Shown: positions 45,551-54,723 of the stretch, in pieces | Layout: each line of letters opens with the position of its first letter | Position numbering within the stretch: the stretch's first letter is position 1 | NCBI GenBank assembly: GCA_031409655.1 | Contig: JANNXQ010000130.1 | Coordinates: forward strand, 1 to 64,000 | Origin: Chthoniobacteraceae bacterium | Lineage (GTDB): Bacteria > Verrucomicrobiota > Verrucomicrobiia > Chthoniobacterales > Chthoniobacteraceae | Direction of reading: 5' to 3' | Length of the DNA: 64,000 bases | Position numbers and translations under genes: made by a program | The notes under the pieces: model-generated | Told to the model about the DNA's origin: nothing | Seen by the model: only the letters and a program-made list of their open reading frames with translations | The model's database searches: none

Positions 45551-46960
45551 CTAGTTTTTTGCCTGCGCGCTGAGGAGCGCGAGACGCAGTTCGTGGAGCG
45601 TCGCGGGATTGTCGGGCTGCAGCGCGAGGGAGTGTCGCCAGTAGCGGATGGCGGTCTCGCGATCGCCGCGGCGCGCGTGGACGCTTGCCGCGAGATCGAG
45701 CATGTGCGGGTTCGGACCGGTGACGGCGAGGGAGTGCTCGAAGAGCGTCTCGCTGTCGCTCCAAACGCCCACCTGCCGGGCGGTCATCGCACCGAGTACG
45801 ATGAGAAGCGCCGCTGCGGCGGGAGCGCGAAGACGGACAGCGGTGCGCGGCCAGAGGCGCTCTGCGGACCAGACGAGCGCGACGAAAAGGCCGATCTGCG
45901 CGAGGTAAGTGAAGCGGTCCGCCCGCGCCTGGCAGCCGACTTGCACGAGACCGAGTGAGGGGAAGAGCATGCCGAGAAAGAGCAGCCAGCCGGTGAGCAG
46001 CCATGGCTGGGTTTTTCTCAGACGCCAACCAGCAAAGGTGATCGCCGCGAGGAGCGCGAGCGCGGCGAGCGCGGGCAGCCAGTGGGCCACGGTCGGGTGC
46101 GGATAGATGACGGCAAACTCGGTGGGGAAAAGGAGCTGGCGGAGATAGGCGACGACGGAGGTGAGCGCATTCGTGATGCGCGCATCGAGCGGGAGTTCTG
46201 CGAGGCTCACGATGGTGTCGCGGGGGGTGGTGGCCCAGGTGGCCAGGCGCGAGGCGGCGACGGAGAGGACGAAGAACGGCACTTTTTCCAGAAGCAGCCG
46301 CTGCCACGAATTCGTGGACCACCGGCGCAGCGGCCACGCATCCAACAAGAGCAGCACGCAGGGAATCGTGACGGCCATGGGCTTGGCGAGGAGCGCGAGG
46401 GCGAAGGCGGTGAAAGTCGCGAGCCAAGGGAGCAGGCGTGGGTGGCGGACGTAGTGCGTCCAGCTCAGCAGCGCGAGCAGCGAGAAGAAGGCGCAGAGGA
46501 CATTCTTCCGCTCCGCGACCCAGGCAACGGATTCCACATTGATCGGATGCAGACCGAAGAGCGCGGCGACGAGCGCGCTCGGCCACAGACGGCCAGTGAG
46601 CCGCTGCAGCGTGAGCAAGAGCAGCACGGCGGCGGCCGCGTGCCAGAGCACATTTTCGAGATGCATGAGCCGGGCATCGAGGCCGAAGAGGCTCACATCC
46701 GCCATGAAGGAGCACGTCGTCAGCGGCACCCAGAGGCTGGCGTGGGGCGTGGTGAAAGCGGTGCGCACTCCGTCCGGCGTCAGGCCCTGGCGGACGAGGT
46801 CGTTTTCGTAAATGTGGCTGGCGTCATCGAGGGTGATGAAATCGCAGTTCAGCACCCCAGAAAAGACACTGAGGATCGCGGCCACGAGCGCCAGGGCGAT
46901 GAGGCGGACGCGGGACGTTTCCGAAAGGTGGTGCAGGTGGTTGACCAAGACATCACCCAC
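45551..46960 (-). CDS. TMTC-like GT-C membrane glycosyltransferase with C-terminal TPR
   Basis: FITLDD, LHPINVESVAWVAERK, LAKPMAVT, ADRFTYL, one TPR-like unit. Confidence 0.8.
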   Translation of the reverse strand: MGDVLVNHLHHLSETSRVRLIALALVAAILSVFSGVLNCDFITLDDASHIYENDLVRQGLTPDGVRTAFTTPHASLWVPLTTCSFMADVSLFGLDARLMHLENVLWHAAAAVLLLLTLQRLTGRLWPSALVAALFGLHPINVESVAWVAERKNVLCAFFSLLALLSWTHYVRHPRLLPWLATFTAFALALLAKPMAVTIPCVLLLLDAWPLRRWSTNSWQRLLLEKVPFFVLSVAASRLATWATTPRDTIVSLAELPLDARITNALTSVVAYLRQLLFPTEFAVIYPHPTVAHWLPALAALALLAAITFAGWRLRKTQPWLLTGWLLFLGMLFPSLGLVQVGCQARADRFTYLAQIGLFVALVWSAERLWPRTAVRLRAPAAAALLIVLGAMTARQVGVWSDSETLFEHSLAVTGPNPHMLDLAASVHARRGDRETAIRYWRHSLALQPDNPATLHELRLALLSAQAKN

Positions 46961-47006
46961 CGAAGCAGGAGGGCTGCCACCCGGGACGGCGGCGCTCCCA
47001 GTGAGG

Positions 47007-48152
47007 CTAGCGCGGCGCGGCGGGCAACTCGACGATCTCCGCGGTCAGCGTGACCTCCTGCCCTCCGCGCAGCACCACGATCTCGATCTTCGCCCCGATC
47101 TCCGCCTCGGCCACGCGGCTGCGCAGGGCCAGGATGTCGGCGATGCCGTGGCCGTTGAATTTGCGGATGATGTCGCGCGGACGGATGTCCGCTCGCGCGG
47201 CGGGAGAATCTGCCATCACGCGCGTGACCAGCGCGCCGCTGGTCTCGCGGACGCCGGCCTGCGGGGCGAGTTCCGGGGTGAGATCCACCATGTCCACCCC
47301 GAGATAGCCACGCACGATCCGCCCGCGCTCGAGCAGGCTTTGCAAGGCGCGGCGCGCGACATTCGACGGCACGGCGAAGCTGATCCCCAGCCAGCTTCCG
47401 TTCTCGCTGTAGATGGCCGTATTGATGCCCACGATCTCGCCGCGCAGGTTGAGGAGCGGGCCGCCGGAGTTGCCTTGATTCACTGCGGCATCGGTCTGGA
47501 AAAATTCCACACCGCTGTCCGCCATGGCGCGGCGGCCTTTGGCGCTGACGATGCCGGTGGTCACGGTTTCGGAGAGGCCAAAGGGATTGCCGACCGCGAA
47601 GACCATCTGGCCGACCCGGACGTCATCGCTATTGCCGAGCACGAGGGGCTCGATATTTCGCGCGTCGATCTTCAGCACCGCGATGTCCGTCAGCTCATCG
47701 CTGCCGATGAGCCGGGCGGGCTCGGAACGGCCATCTGTGAGCTGCACCATGATGCTGTCCATGTCCTTGATGACATGGTGATTCGTGAGGATGTGACCTT
47801 CCTTTGAGACGATGACGCCCGAGCCGAGCGAAGTCTGCAAGCGCTCGCGCGGCTGGCGGGGCTGACGATTGCGGAAGAGAAACTCGAAGGGGTCGATGGC
47901 TTCCGGGAGCTGCACGCGGCGCTGCGTATTCACGCTGACCACGCTCGGGATCACGGCGGCGACGATGCGTGAATATTCCGCATCGAGCGCGGAGAGCACC
48001 TGCACATCTTTCGGGTCGATCTTCGGCCCCGAAGCCGGCGTGTATCTTCCGGAACCGCGCCCGGGGCCGCCGCTACTCGTGAGCTGCGTGTAGCGGTAGA
48101 TGGCAAAGCCCGCGAGGACCGCCAGCAGGACCAGAAAAAGTGAACGTCGCAT
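47007..48152 (-). CDS. HtrA/DegS-like serine protease with one PDZ domain
   Basis: GSGVIV, LTNHHV, DIAVLK, QTDAAVNQGNSGGPL, RGYLGV. Confidence 0.92.
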   Translation of the reverse strand: MRRSLFLVLLAVLAGFAIYRYTQLTSSGGPGRGSGRYTPASGPKIDPKDVQVLSALDAEYSRIVAAVIPSVVSVNTQRRVQLPEAIDPFEFLFRNRQPRQPRERLQTSLGSGVIVSKEGHILTNHHVIKDMDSIMVQLTDGRSEPARLIGSDELTDIAVLKIDARNIEPLVLGNSDDVRVGQMVFAVGNPFGLSETVTTGIVSAKGRRAMADSGVEFFQTDAAVNQGNSGGPLLNLRGEIVGINTAIYSENGSWLGISFAVPSNVARRALQSLLERGRIVRGYLGVDMVDLTPELAPQAGVRETSGALVTRVMADSPAARADIRPRDIIRKFNGHGIADILALRSRVAEAEIGAKIEIVVLRGGQEVTLTAEIVELPAAPR

Positions 48153-48188
48153 GAGCGCTGGAGTGTATGGAGCCGGCCGCAGCGCCGC

Positions 48189-49205
48189 TCAACTTTGAAG
48201 TGCGTGGAGCTTTGCGAGCGCGCGACCGCTGGCGAGCTGCTCACGACCTAGCTCGAGCCCGGCGGCGAGGTCCGGGGCGAGGTGCGTGATGACGAAGCCA
48301 GCGGCGGCATTGAGCAGGACGATGTCGCGGCGCGGGCCACGGTCGGAGCCGTCGAGGATGGCGGTGAGGAGCGTCGCATTTTCCCGACGATCGCCACCGC
48401 GCAGCTCGTCCATCGCGCAGGGCGCAAGGCCGAGCTCGCGCGGCTCGACGGTGAACTCGCGGATGTCGCCATCGACGATCTCGCGCACTTCGGTCGGGCC
48501 GGTGAGCGAGAGTTCATCCATGCCGCTGCCGTGTACTGCCCAGGCGCGGGCGCGCCCGAGGACGGCGAGGGTCTCGGCGTATTTCGGAAGAAGCACGGGG
48601 GAAAAAACGCCGACGAGCTGATAGGCCGGGCGCGCAGGATTGAGCAGCGGGCCGAGGAGATTGAAAACGGTGGGGATGCCTTCGGCAGCGAGCGCCTTGC
48701 GCACTGGGACGATGGCCTTGAAGGCCGGGTGATAGGCTGGCGCGAAAAGAAAACCGAGGCCGTGCTTTTCCACACCCTGCCGGAGCGCTTCGGGCGGGAG
48801 ATCGATCTTCACGCCGAGTTCCTCGAGCACATCCGCACCGCCGCATTTCGAGGTGATGGCGCGGTTGCCATGCTTCACCACGCAGACCCCGCCCGCGGCG
48901 AGGACGAACATCGCGGTGGTCGAGATATTGAAAAGCTCCAGCTTGTCGCCACCGGTGCCGCAGACATCCAGCATCGGTCCGGGCAAGGCCGCCGCATCGA
49001 GCTGCGGATCGATCGCGCGAGCGAGCAGCGAACGTGCAAAGGCCGCGATCTCCGCTGCCGTCTCCCCTTTCGCGCGCAGCGCCCGGAGAAAGTCGGCCTT
49101 CGTGGCGTCGGCGATCTCGCTGGAGACAAGCCCGGCGACAGCGTGCTCCACTTCCTCGGCAGTGAGGTCGCGCGCGGCTTTGAGGTGTTCGGTGAGAGAC
49201 TGCAT
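48189..49205 (-). CDS. trpD: Anthranilate phosphoribosyltransferase
   Basis: DVCGTGGD, FNISTT, KHGNRAITSKCGGADVLE, FNLLGPLLNP, GMDEL. Confidence 0.95.
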   Translation of the reverse strand: MQSLTEHLKAARDLTAEEVEHAVAGLVSSEIADATKADFLRALRAKGETAAEIAAFARSLLARAIDPQLDAAALPGPMLDVCGTGGDKLELFNISTTAMFVLAAGGVCVVKHGNRAITSKCGGADVLEELGVKIDLPPEALRQGVEKHGLGFLFAPAYHPAFKAIVPVRKALAAEGIPTVFNLLGPLLNPARPAYQLVGVFSPVLLPKYAETLAVLGRARAWAVHGSGMDELSLTGPTEVREIVDGDIREFTVEPRELGLAPCAMDELRGGDRRENATLLTAILDGSDRGPRRDIVLLNAAAGFVITHLAPDLAAGLELGREQLASGRALAKLHALQS

Positions 49206-49209
49206 AGGG

Positions 49210-49302
49210 TGAAAGGATGAAGGATGAGGGATGAAGGATGAAGTAGTCAGGCGCTTCGCGCTCCATCTTCTTCACCCTTCATCCTTCATCTTTCCTCCTT
49301 TC
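49210..49302. repeat. Inverted (AAGGATG)n/(CATCCTT)n element in the divergent gap, directly upstream of trpD
   Basis: Left arm 49210-49242, right arm about 49270-49302. Confidence 0.8.
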
Positions 49303-49355
49303 GTCGAGTCCGCACTCGCCTTCACGGCACGCCCCCCGCTACGTAAACCCCCGCC

Positions 49356-50771
49356 ATGAAAAAAGAGAGCCTCGACACGCATCAGAAGGCGCTGCAGATC
49401 AATCTCGACCCGCGCTGGTACGGCACCTTCGCCGAAATCGGCGCCGGCCAGGAAGTCGTCCGCTGGTTTTTCCGCGTCGGCGCGGCCGCAGGGACCATCG
49501 CCAAATCCATGTCGGCCTACGACATGACGGTGAGCGACGCCATCTACGGCCAGACGGAACGCTACGTCTCGCGCCCGCGCCTCCAGGCCATGCTCGACCA
49601 TGAGCACAAGCTGAACATCGAGCGCCTCGGAGAAGCCCGTGGCGACAATACTGCGTTCTTCGCCTTTGCCGACACCGTCGTCGCGCGCAGCTTCAAAGGC
49701 GGCAACGAATGCCACGGCTGGATGGGCGTGAAATACCAGGCCCATCCGCGCGACGAAGCCAGCCAGATAACGCTCCACATGCGGATGCTCGATGCGGAAG
49801 CATCGCTCCAGCAGGAGGCGCTCGGCATCCTCGGCGTGAACCTGCTCTACGGCGCGTTTTTCTATCATCACGAGCCCGAGATGCTCGTGGAGAGCCTGCT
49901 CGACTCCCTGACCATCGGCCGCATCGAGATCGACGTCATCGCTTTCAATGGCATCGAGTATCGCTACGTGGACAACCGGATCATGGCGCTGAAGCTCGTG
50001 CAGCTCGGCCTCTCCGGCGCGGCGATGTTTGGCCCCACCGGCGAAGTCCTCCAGCCGAGCGAGGTGCTCTACAAGCGCCCGGTGCTCGTCGAGCGCGGCA
50101 GCTTCCGCCCCGTCACCCATGTGAATGTGGACATGCTCAAGTGCGCCCTGGACAAATTCCAGGCCGACCCGGCGGTGGCGGGGAAAAATGTGCTCACGCT
50201 CGGTGAGATCACCATGCGTAATCTGCTCGCCGAGGGCGCGGAGGTCGATCGGCGGGACTTTCTCGCCCGCGCCGATCTGCTCGCGGCGGCTGGCATGACG
50301 GTGCTGATCTCGGATTACTTCGAGTATTACCGGCTCGCTGCCTATCTCGCGTGGCGGACGAAAGAGCGCATCGGCATCGTCATGGGCGTGCCGAGCCTCA
50401 TCGAGATCTTCGATGAGAAGTACTACACCCAGCTTCCCGGCGGCATCCTGGAGTCCTTCGGCCGGCTCTTTAAGAATGACCTGAAGCTCTTCGTCTATCC
50501 GTACAAAGACGCGGCGACGGGCGAAGTGAAGACTGTCGATAACATCGAAGTCGCGCCGGAACTGCGGAAGCTCTACGGCTACTTGCAGGATCGCGGCAGC
50601 TTCGTGGGCCTCGATAATTTCAACCCCGACTTCCTCCACATCTTCTCCCGCGAAGTGCTCAAACGCATCCCCACTTCGGATCACTCCTGGGAAGAGATGG
50701 TCCCGACCCAGGTCGTCGAGGTCATCAAAAAGCGCGGCTTCTTTGGCTACGGGAAGCATCGGATGGAGTAG
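49356..50771 (+). CDS. Conserved protein with C-terminal HIGH-superfamily nucleotidyltransferase-like region
   Basis: YGTFAEIGAGQEV N-terminus; ERGSFRPVTHVN resembles GSFxPxxxxH; ends WEEMVPTQVVEVIKKRGFFGY like NadD C-termini. Confidence 0.7.
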   Translation: MKKESLDTHQKALQINLDPRWYGTFAEIGAGQEVVRWFFRVGAAAGTIAKSMSAYDMTVSDAIYGQTERYVSRPRLQAMLDHEHKLNIERLGEARGDNTAFFAFADTVVARSFKGGNECHGWMGVKYQAHPRDEASQITLHMRMLDAEASLQQEALGILGVNLLYGAFFYHHEPEMLVESLLDSLTIGRIEIDVIAFNGIEYRYVDNRIMALKLVQLGLSGAAMFGPTGEVLQPSEVLYKRPVLVERGSFRPVTHVNVDMLKCALDKFQADPAVAGKNVLTLGEITMRNLLAEGAEVDRRDFLARADLLAAAGMTVLISDYFEYYRLAAYLAWRTKERIGIVMGVPSLIEIFDEKYYTQLPGGILESFGRLFKNDLKLFVYPYKDAATGEVKTVDNIEVAPELRKLYGYLQDRGSFVGLDNFNPDFLHIFSREVLKRIPTSDHSWEEMVPTQVVEVIKKRGFFGYGKHRME

Positions 50772-50784
50772 GCGACGCGAGTTC

Positions 50785-50808
50785 GGTGGATGGCGCGCTC
50801 CGAGCGCG
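50785..50808. repeat. Solo family A REP
   Basis: GGTGGATGGCGCGCTCCG identical to the start of the 12989 arm. Confidence 0.6.
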
Positions 50809-50857
50809 TCGTGCGAATGCGCTTCCTGCCGCAGAGGGTGTTGTCTAGCTTCCCGGA

Positions 50858-52555
50858 GTGCGCCCGGCCCTGCTGCGATCCGTCCTCTCCGTTTTGTCCG
50901 TCCTGCTGCTTGCTGCGTGCAAGCCTGCGGCCCCACCGGCTGCGAGTTCCTCACCAGCAAAGGAACGGATGGCGGAACCCAGCGCGTTGAAGCTGCGCTT
51001 CACCTACGGTTCGGAGAAGGAGGAGTGGGTGAAGGCGGTCACGGCGGATTTCAATCAGCGTAATATCAAGACTACCGCCGGAAAACCCATCCGCGTGGAG
51101 GCCGTGGCCAAGGGCTCGGGTGAACTGATCGACGGCCTGCTCGCCGGCACGGATCGCGCGCATCTCGCGAGCCCGGCGTCGGGCGCTTTCGTGAAGCTCG
51201 GCAACGCTCAATCCCGCGCGCGCTCGGGCGCGGATTTGCTCGGCTCCACGGAGAATCTCGTGCTCTCGCCCGTGGTCATCGCGATGTGGCAGCCGATGGC
51301 GGAGGCGATCGGCTGGGGGAAAAAGCCCGTGGGCTGGAGCGACATCCTCGCGGTCGCGGGCAGTCAGCAGGGCTGGGGCGCGTTCGGCTTTCCGCAGTGG
51401 GGGCAGTTTAAGTTTGGGCACACGCATCCGCAGTTCAGCAATAGCGGACTCATCTCGCTCTTCGCGGAAGTGTATGCGGCGACGGGGAAAGTGGGCGGGC
51501 TCACGCTCGATGACATCGCCAAGCCCGAGACGGCAAAGTATCTCGCGGGCATCGAGCGCTCGGTCGTCCACTACGGCAGTTCCACGGGTTTCTTCGGGAA
51601 GAAGATGTTTGCCAACGGCCCCGAATATCTCAGCGCGGCGGTGCTGTACGAAAACATGGTCATCGAGTCGCGCGGGCCGACTTACCGGCTGCCTTTCCCA
51701 ATCGTCGCGATTTATCCGAAGGAAGGCACCTTCTGGAGTGACCATCCGGTGGGTGTGGTCGAGCGCGAATGGGTCACGCCAGAGCATCGCGAGGCGGCCA
51801 AGAGTTACATCGCCTTTCTGCTCGAGCGTCCGCAGCAGGAACGCGCGTTGCAATTCGGCTTCCGCCCGGCCGCCGTGGATGTCGCGCTCGGGGCGCCGAT
51901 CGACGCCGCGCACGGCGTGAATCCCAAGGAACCGCAAACCACTCTCGACCTGCCGAGCACGGAGGCCATGGATGCAATCCTGCGGCTCTGGCAGCAAAAC
52001 AAGAAGCACTCGAACATCACGCTCGTCTTCGACGTGTCTGGCAGCATGAAGGTGGGCAACCTCATCGAGAACGCCCGCGACGGAGCGCTCGAACTGCTCA
52101 AGGCGCTCGGTGACGAGGATTCCTTCGCGCTCGTGCCCTTCAACAACACGGTGCTCTCGCGCGACGATCCCACGCTGCTGCGCCAGACGCGCTCCCAAGC
52201 GGTGCAGAGGACCAATTCGCTCTTCGCCAGCGGCGGCACCGCGCTCTACGACGCGATCCTCGCCGCCTACCGGCAACAGATGGCGCGCGCGTCCACCAAC
52301 ACGGACAAGATTTCCGCCGTCGTCGTGCTGACCGACGGCGCCGACACCGATAGCAAAATCAAGCTCCCTCAGCTTCTCGAGCAACTCCGCTTCGACGCCG
52401 AGCGGAACAGCATCCGCGTCTTCACCATCGGCTACGGCGGCGCTGCGGAGAACAAGGTGCTGAAGCAAATCTCCGACGCCACGCAGGCAAAATTTTACGT
52501 CGGCACGACCGACAACATCCGCGAAGTCTTCAAGGACATCTCCACTTTCTTCTGA
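50858..52555 (+). CDS. Lipoprotein: type II solute-binding-like domain fused to a vWA domain
   Basis: Lipobox LLAAC; YGSEKEEW, SPVVIAMW, FKFGHTHPQFSNSGL; MIDAS DVSGS ... GGTALYD ... LTDG. Confidence 0.85.
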   Translation: MRPALLRSVLSVLSVLLLAACKPAAPPAASSSPAKERMAEPSALKLRFTYGSEKEEWVKAVTADFNQRNIKTTAGKPIRVEAVAKGSGELIDGLLAGTDRAHLASPASGAFVKLGNAQSRARSGADLLGSTENLVLSPVVIAMWQPMAEAIGWGKKPVGWSDILAVAGSQQGWGAFGFPQWGQFKFGHTHPQFSNSGLISLFAEVYAATGKVGGLTLDDIAKPETAKYLAGIERSVVHYGSSTGFFGKKMFANGPEYLSAAVLYENMVIESRGPTYRLPFPIVAIYPKEGTFWSDHPVGVVEREWVTPEHREAAKSYIAFLLERPQQERALQFGFRPAAVDVALGAPIDAAHGVNPKEPQTTLDLPSTEAMDAILRLWQQNKKHSNITLVFDVSGSMKVGNLIENARDGALELLKALGDEDSFALVPFNNTVLSRDDPTLLRQTRSQAVQRTNSLFASGGTALYDAILAAYRQQMARASTNTDKISAVVVLTDGADTDSKIKLPQLLEQLRFDAERNSIRVFTIGYGGAAENKVLKQISDATQAKFYVGTTDNIREVFKDISTFF

Positions 52556-52558
52556 CCT

Positions 52559-53779
52559 ATGGCCGACGAACCCAAATTCACCTTTCTGGGCAAGCTCTTC
52601 ATCTTTCTCTTCGTCGCCGCGTGCGCCTTCGGGGCGTATCGGATGTTTCGCAAGGAACCGATCGCGATCGGCGTGCCGCCGCGCGCGGCGACTCCGACTG
52701 TGGACACTCCCGCGACCGAGGTCCACACGGCTGGCGGTCAGGACGCGTCCGTCGAGATCGGCATCGCTTACGGCACGGAAAAACAGCGCTGGCTCATCTG
52801 GGCGTCGGACGAGTTTGCAAAGACCGCCCAGGGCCGAAAGACAAAGATCAATCTCATCCCGATGGGTTCGCTCGATGGCGCGAATGCGGTGCTGCGCGGC
52901 GATCAGCGGATCACCGTCTGGAGTCCGGCGAGCGCGCTGTACAAGGATGTCTTCGCGCAGGAATGGACGCTCAAGAACAACAAGAACCCCATCGTCCGCG
53001 AAGAGGCGCTTGCACTCAGCCCGATGGTCTTTGTGCTCTGGCAGGAGCGCCACGAATCCTTCGCCGCAAAATACAAGGACGTGAGCTTCGAGACCGTGGC
53101 TGCCGCCTTGCGCGAAGCGGGCGGCTGGGACGCGATCGCGCAGAAGCCAGAGTGGGGACTGTTTAAGTTCGGCCACGCGCATCCCAATCAATCGAACAGC
53201 GGCCTGATGACCCTCGTGCTCATGGCCTACGACTTTCACAACAAGAACCAGGGCCTCACCCTCAAGGCGCTGCTCGACCCGAAATTCCAGACGTGGATGA
53301 ACGGCATCGAATCCGCCGTGACCGGCCTCTCCGGCAGCACCGGCAATATGATGCGCGACATGGTGCTGCGCGGTCCATCGAGCTACGACGCGCTCTTCGT
53401 CTATGAAAATGTCGCCATCGACTACCTCAAGAATGCCGAGGGCCGCTGGGGCCAGCTCCACATCGCCTACCCGAAGCGCAATCTGTGGAACGACAATCCC
53501 TACTACATCCTCGACGTGCCGTGGAGCGACGCCGCGCAGCGCAAGGCCGCCGGCGCCTTCCTCGACTTCCTGCTCACCGAAACCATCCAGCGCGAGGCGC
53601 TCAAGCACGGCTTCCGCCCCGGCAATCCCGCGGTGCCCGTGAAGTTCCCGGAGAGCCCGTTCACGGTGTACGCGCAGAACGGGCTGCAAATCGAAGTCGG
53701 GACCGTCTGCGAAACACCCAAGGCCGAGGTCATCAAGACGCTGCTCGACATCTGGCAGCGCGGCCAGAGCGGACGCTGA
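52559..53779 (+). CDS. Membrane-anchored solute-binding-like protein, paralogue of the upstream SBP domain
   Basis: N-terminal TM helix; YGTEKQRW, SPMVFVLW, FKFGHAHPNQSNSGL, VYEN, GFRP shared with the upstream protein. Confidence 0.8.
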   Translation: MADEPKFTFLGKLFIFLFVAACAFGAYRMFRKEPIAIGVPPRAATPTVDTPATEVHTAGGQDASVEIGIAYGTEKQRWLIWASDEFAKTAQGRKTKINLIPMGSLDGANAVLRGDQRITVWSPASALYKDVFAQEWTLKNNKNPIVREEALALSPMVFVLWQERHESFAAKYKDVSFETVAAALREAGGWDAIAQKPEWGLFKFGHAHPNQSNSGLMTLVLMAYDFHNKNQGLTLKALLDPKFQTWMNGIESAVTGLSGSTGNMMRDMVLRGPSSYDALFVYENVAIDYLKNAEGRWGQLHIAYPKRNLWNDNPYYILDVPWSDAAQRKAAGAFLDFLLTETIQREALKHGFRPGNPAVPVKFPESPFTVYAQNGLQIEVGTVCETPKAEVIKTLLDIWQRGQSGR

Positions 53780-53789
53780 TTCGCGAGCT

Positions 53790-54605
53790 GTGTGGCGCTA
53801 CCTCAAAGCCGCCTTTCACGCGCGGCCCGACATCCCCGGCCTCGGGCGGTTGCCGGTGAATCTCATCGCGCTCATCGGCCTGACCATCCTTGGGTTCGGA
53901 CACCCGGGATTCTGGCTGCTCGGCGCCGGCGGCGAGGCGGCCTATCTCGCCGCGCTCGCCACGAACCGGCGCTTCCGGCGTCTGATCGACGCGCAGGATT
54001 TGCAGCTCCAGAGCGGCGAGGAAAACGACCAGCGGCGCGGCGTCATCGAGACCCTCTCGGAGCAGCGACGCGCGCGGCTCGCTTCAATCGAAGCGCGCTG
54101 CGCGAAAGTCATCAAACTGCATCAGAACGCGCAGACCGACGGGTTTGTGGTCGATGGCAACCGCGAGGCGCTCGCGAAACTCCAGTGGCTCTATCTCAAG
54201 CTGCTCGTCGCGGAGCAGAATCTCGAAAACATCCAGACCGCCATCGCCGAGGAACATCTCCGGCGGCAGATCGAAGAAATCGCGGGCGAACTGCGGGATG
54301 AAGATCTCACACGGTCCTTGCGCGAGTCGAAGGAAGCCACGCTGCACATCCTGGAAAAGCGGCTCACGAACTTGAACCGGCGCGAAGAATCGCTCGAAGA
54401 GATCGGCAGCGACCTCGTGCGGATCGAAGCGCAGATCGATCTCGCCCTGGAAAACGCCGGGATGCGCGGCGGCCAGCCCGAGACCATCTCCGCGAATATC
54501 AAACTCGTGAGCCACCTCCTGGACGACTCCGTCTTCGGCGACTCGAGCGACTCGATCACCGCGCTGGACCGCACCTTCGGCACCGAAGACTCGCAGGCGC
54601 AGTAG
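53790..54605 (+). CDS. Two-TM plus long coiled-coil protein
   Basis: Hydrophobic N-terminal hairpin, then Glu/Arg/Leu-rich heptads; GTG start 10 nt after the upstream stop. Confidence 0.75.
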   Translation: MWRYLKAAFHARPDIPGLGRLPVNLIALIGLTILGFGHPGFWLLGAGGEAAYLAALATNRRFRRLIDAQDLQLQSGEENDQRRGVIETLSEQRRARLASIEARCAKVIKLHQNAQTDGFVVDGNREALAKLQWLYLKLLVAEQNLENIQTAIAEEHLRRQIEEIAGELRDEDLTRSLRESKEATLHILEKRLTNLNRREESLEEIGSDLVRIEAQIDLALENAGMRGGQPETISANIKLVSHLLDDSVFGDSSDSITALDRTFGTEDSQAQ

Positions 54606-54723
54606 TAGGGCAGGCATCCCTGCCTGTCGTCGTCCGCCGGGCTTCCAGCCTGGCATGTTCGGTGTGCGCAAGCCGGGCAGGATGCCCGGCGGACAACCAC
54701 AGGCTAGAGGCCTGCACTACTAC
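54602..54723. repeat. Nested REPIN-like element, family B (GTAG...CTAC), between convergent genes
   Basis: GTAGTAGGGCAGGCATCCCTGCCTG ... CAGGCTAGAGGCCTGCACTACTAC, with inner pair GTCCGCCGGGCTTCCAGCCTGGC / GCCGGGCAGGATGCCCGGCGGAC. Confidence 0.8.

Noticed and set aside
50951..53689. 912-aa antisense ORF (similarly 31709-33901, 9261-11369, 16660-18345, 23937-25904, 36703-38310)
   Set aside because: Shadow ORFs opposite well-supported genes; expected from high-GC codon bias; no recognisable motifs
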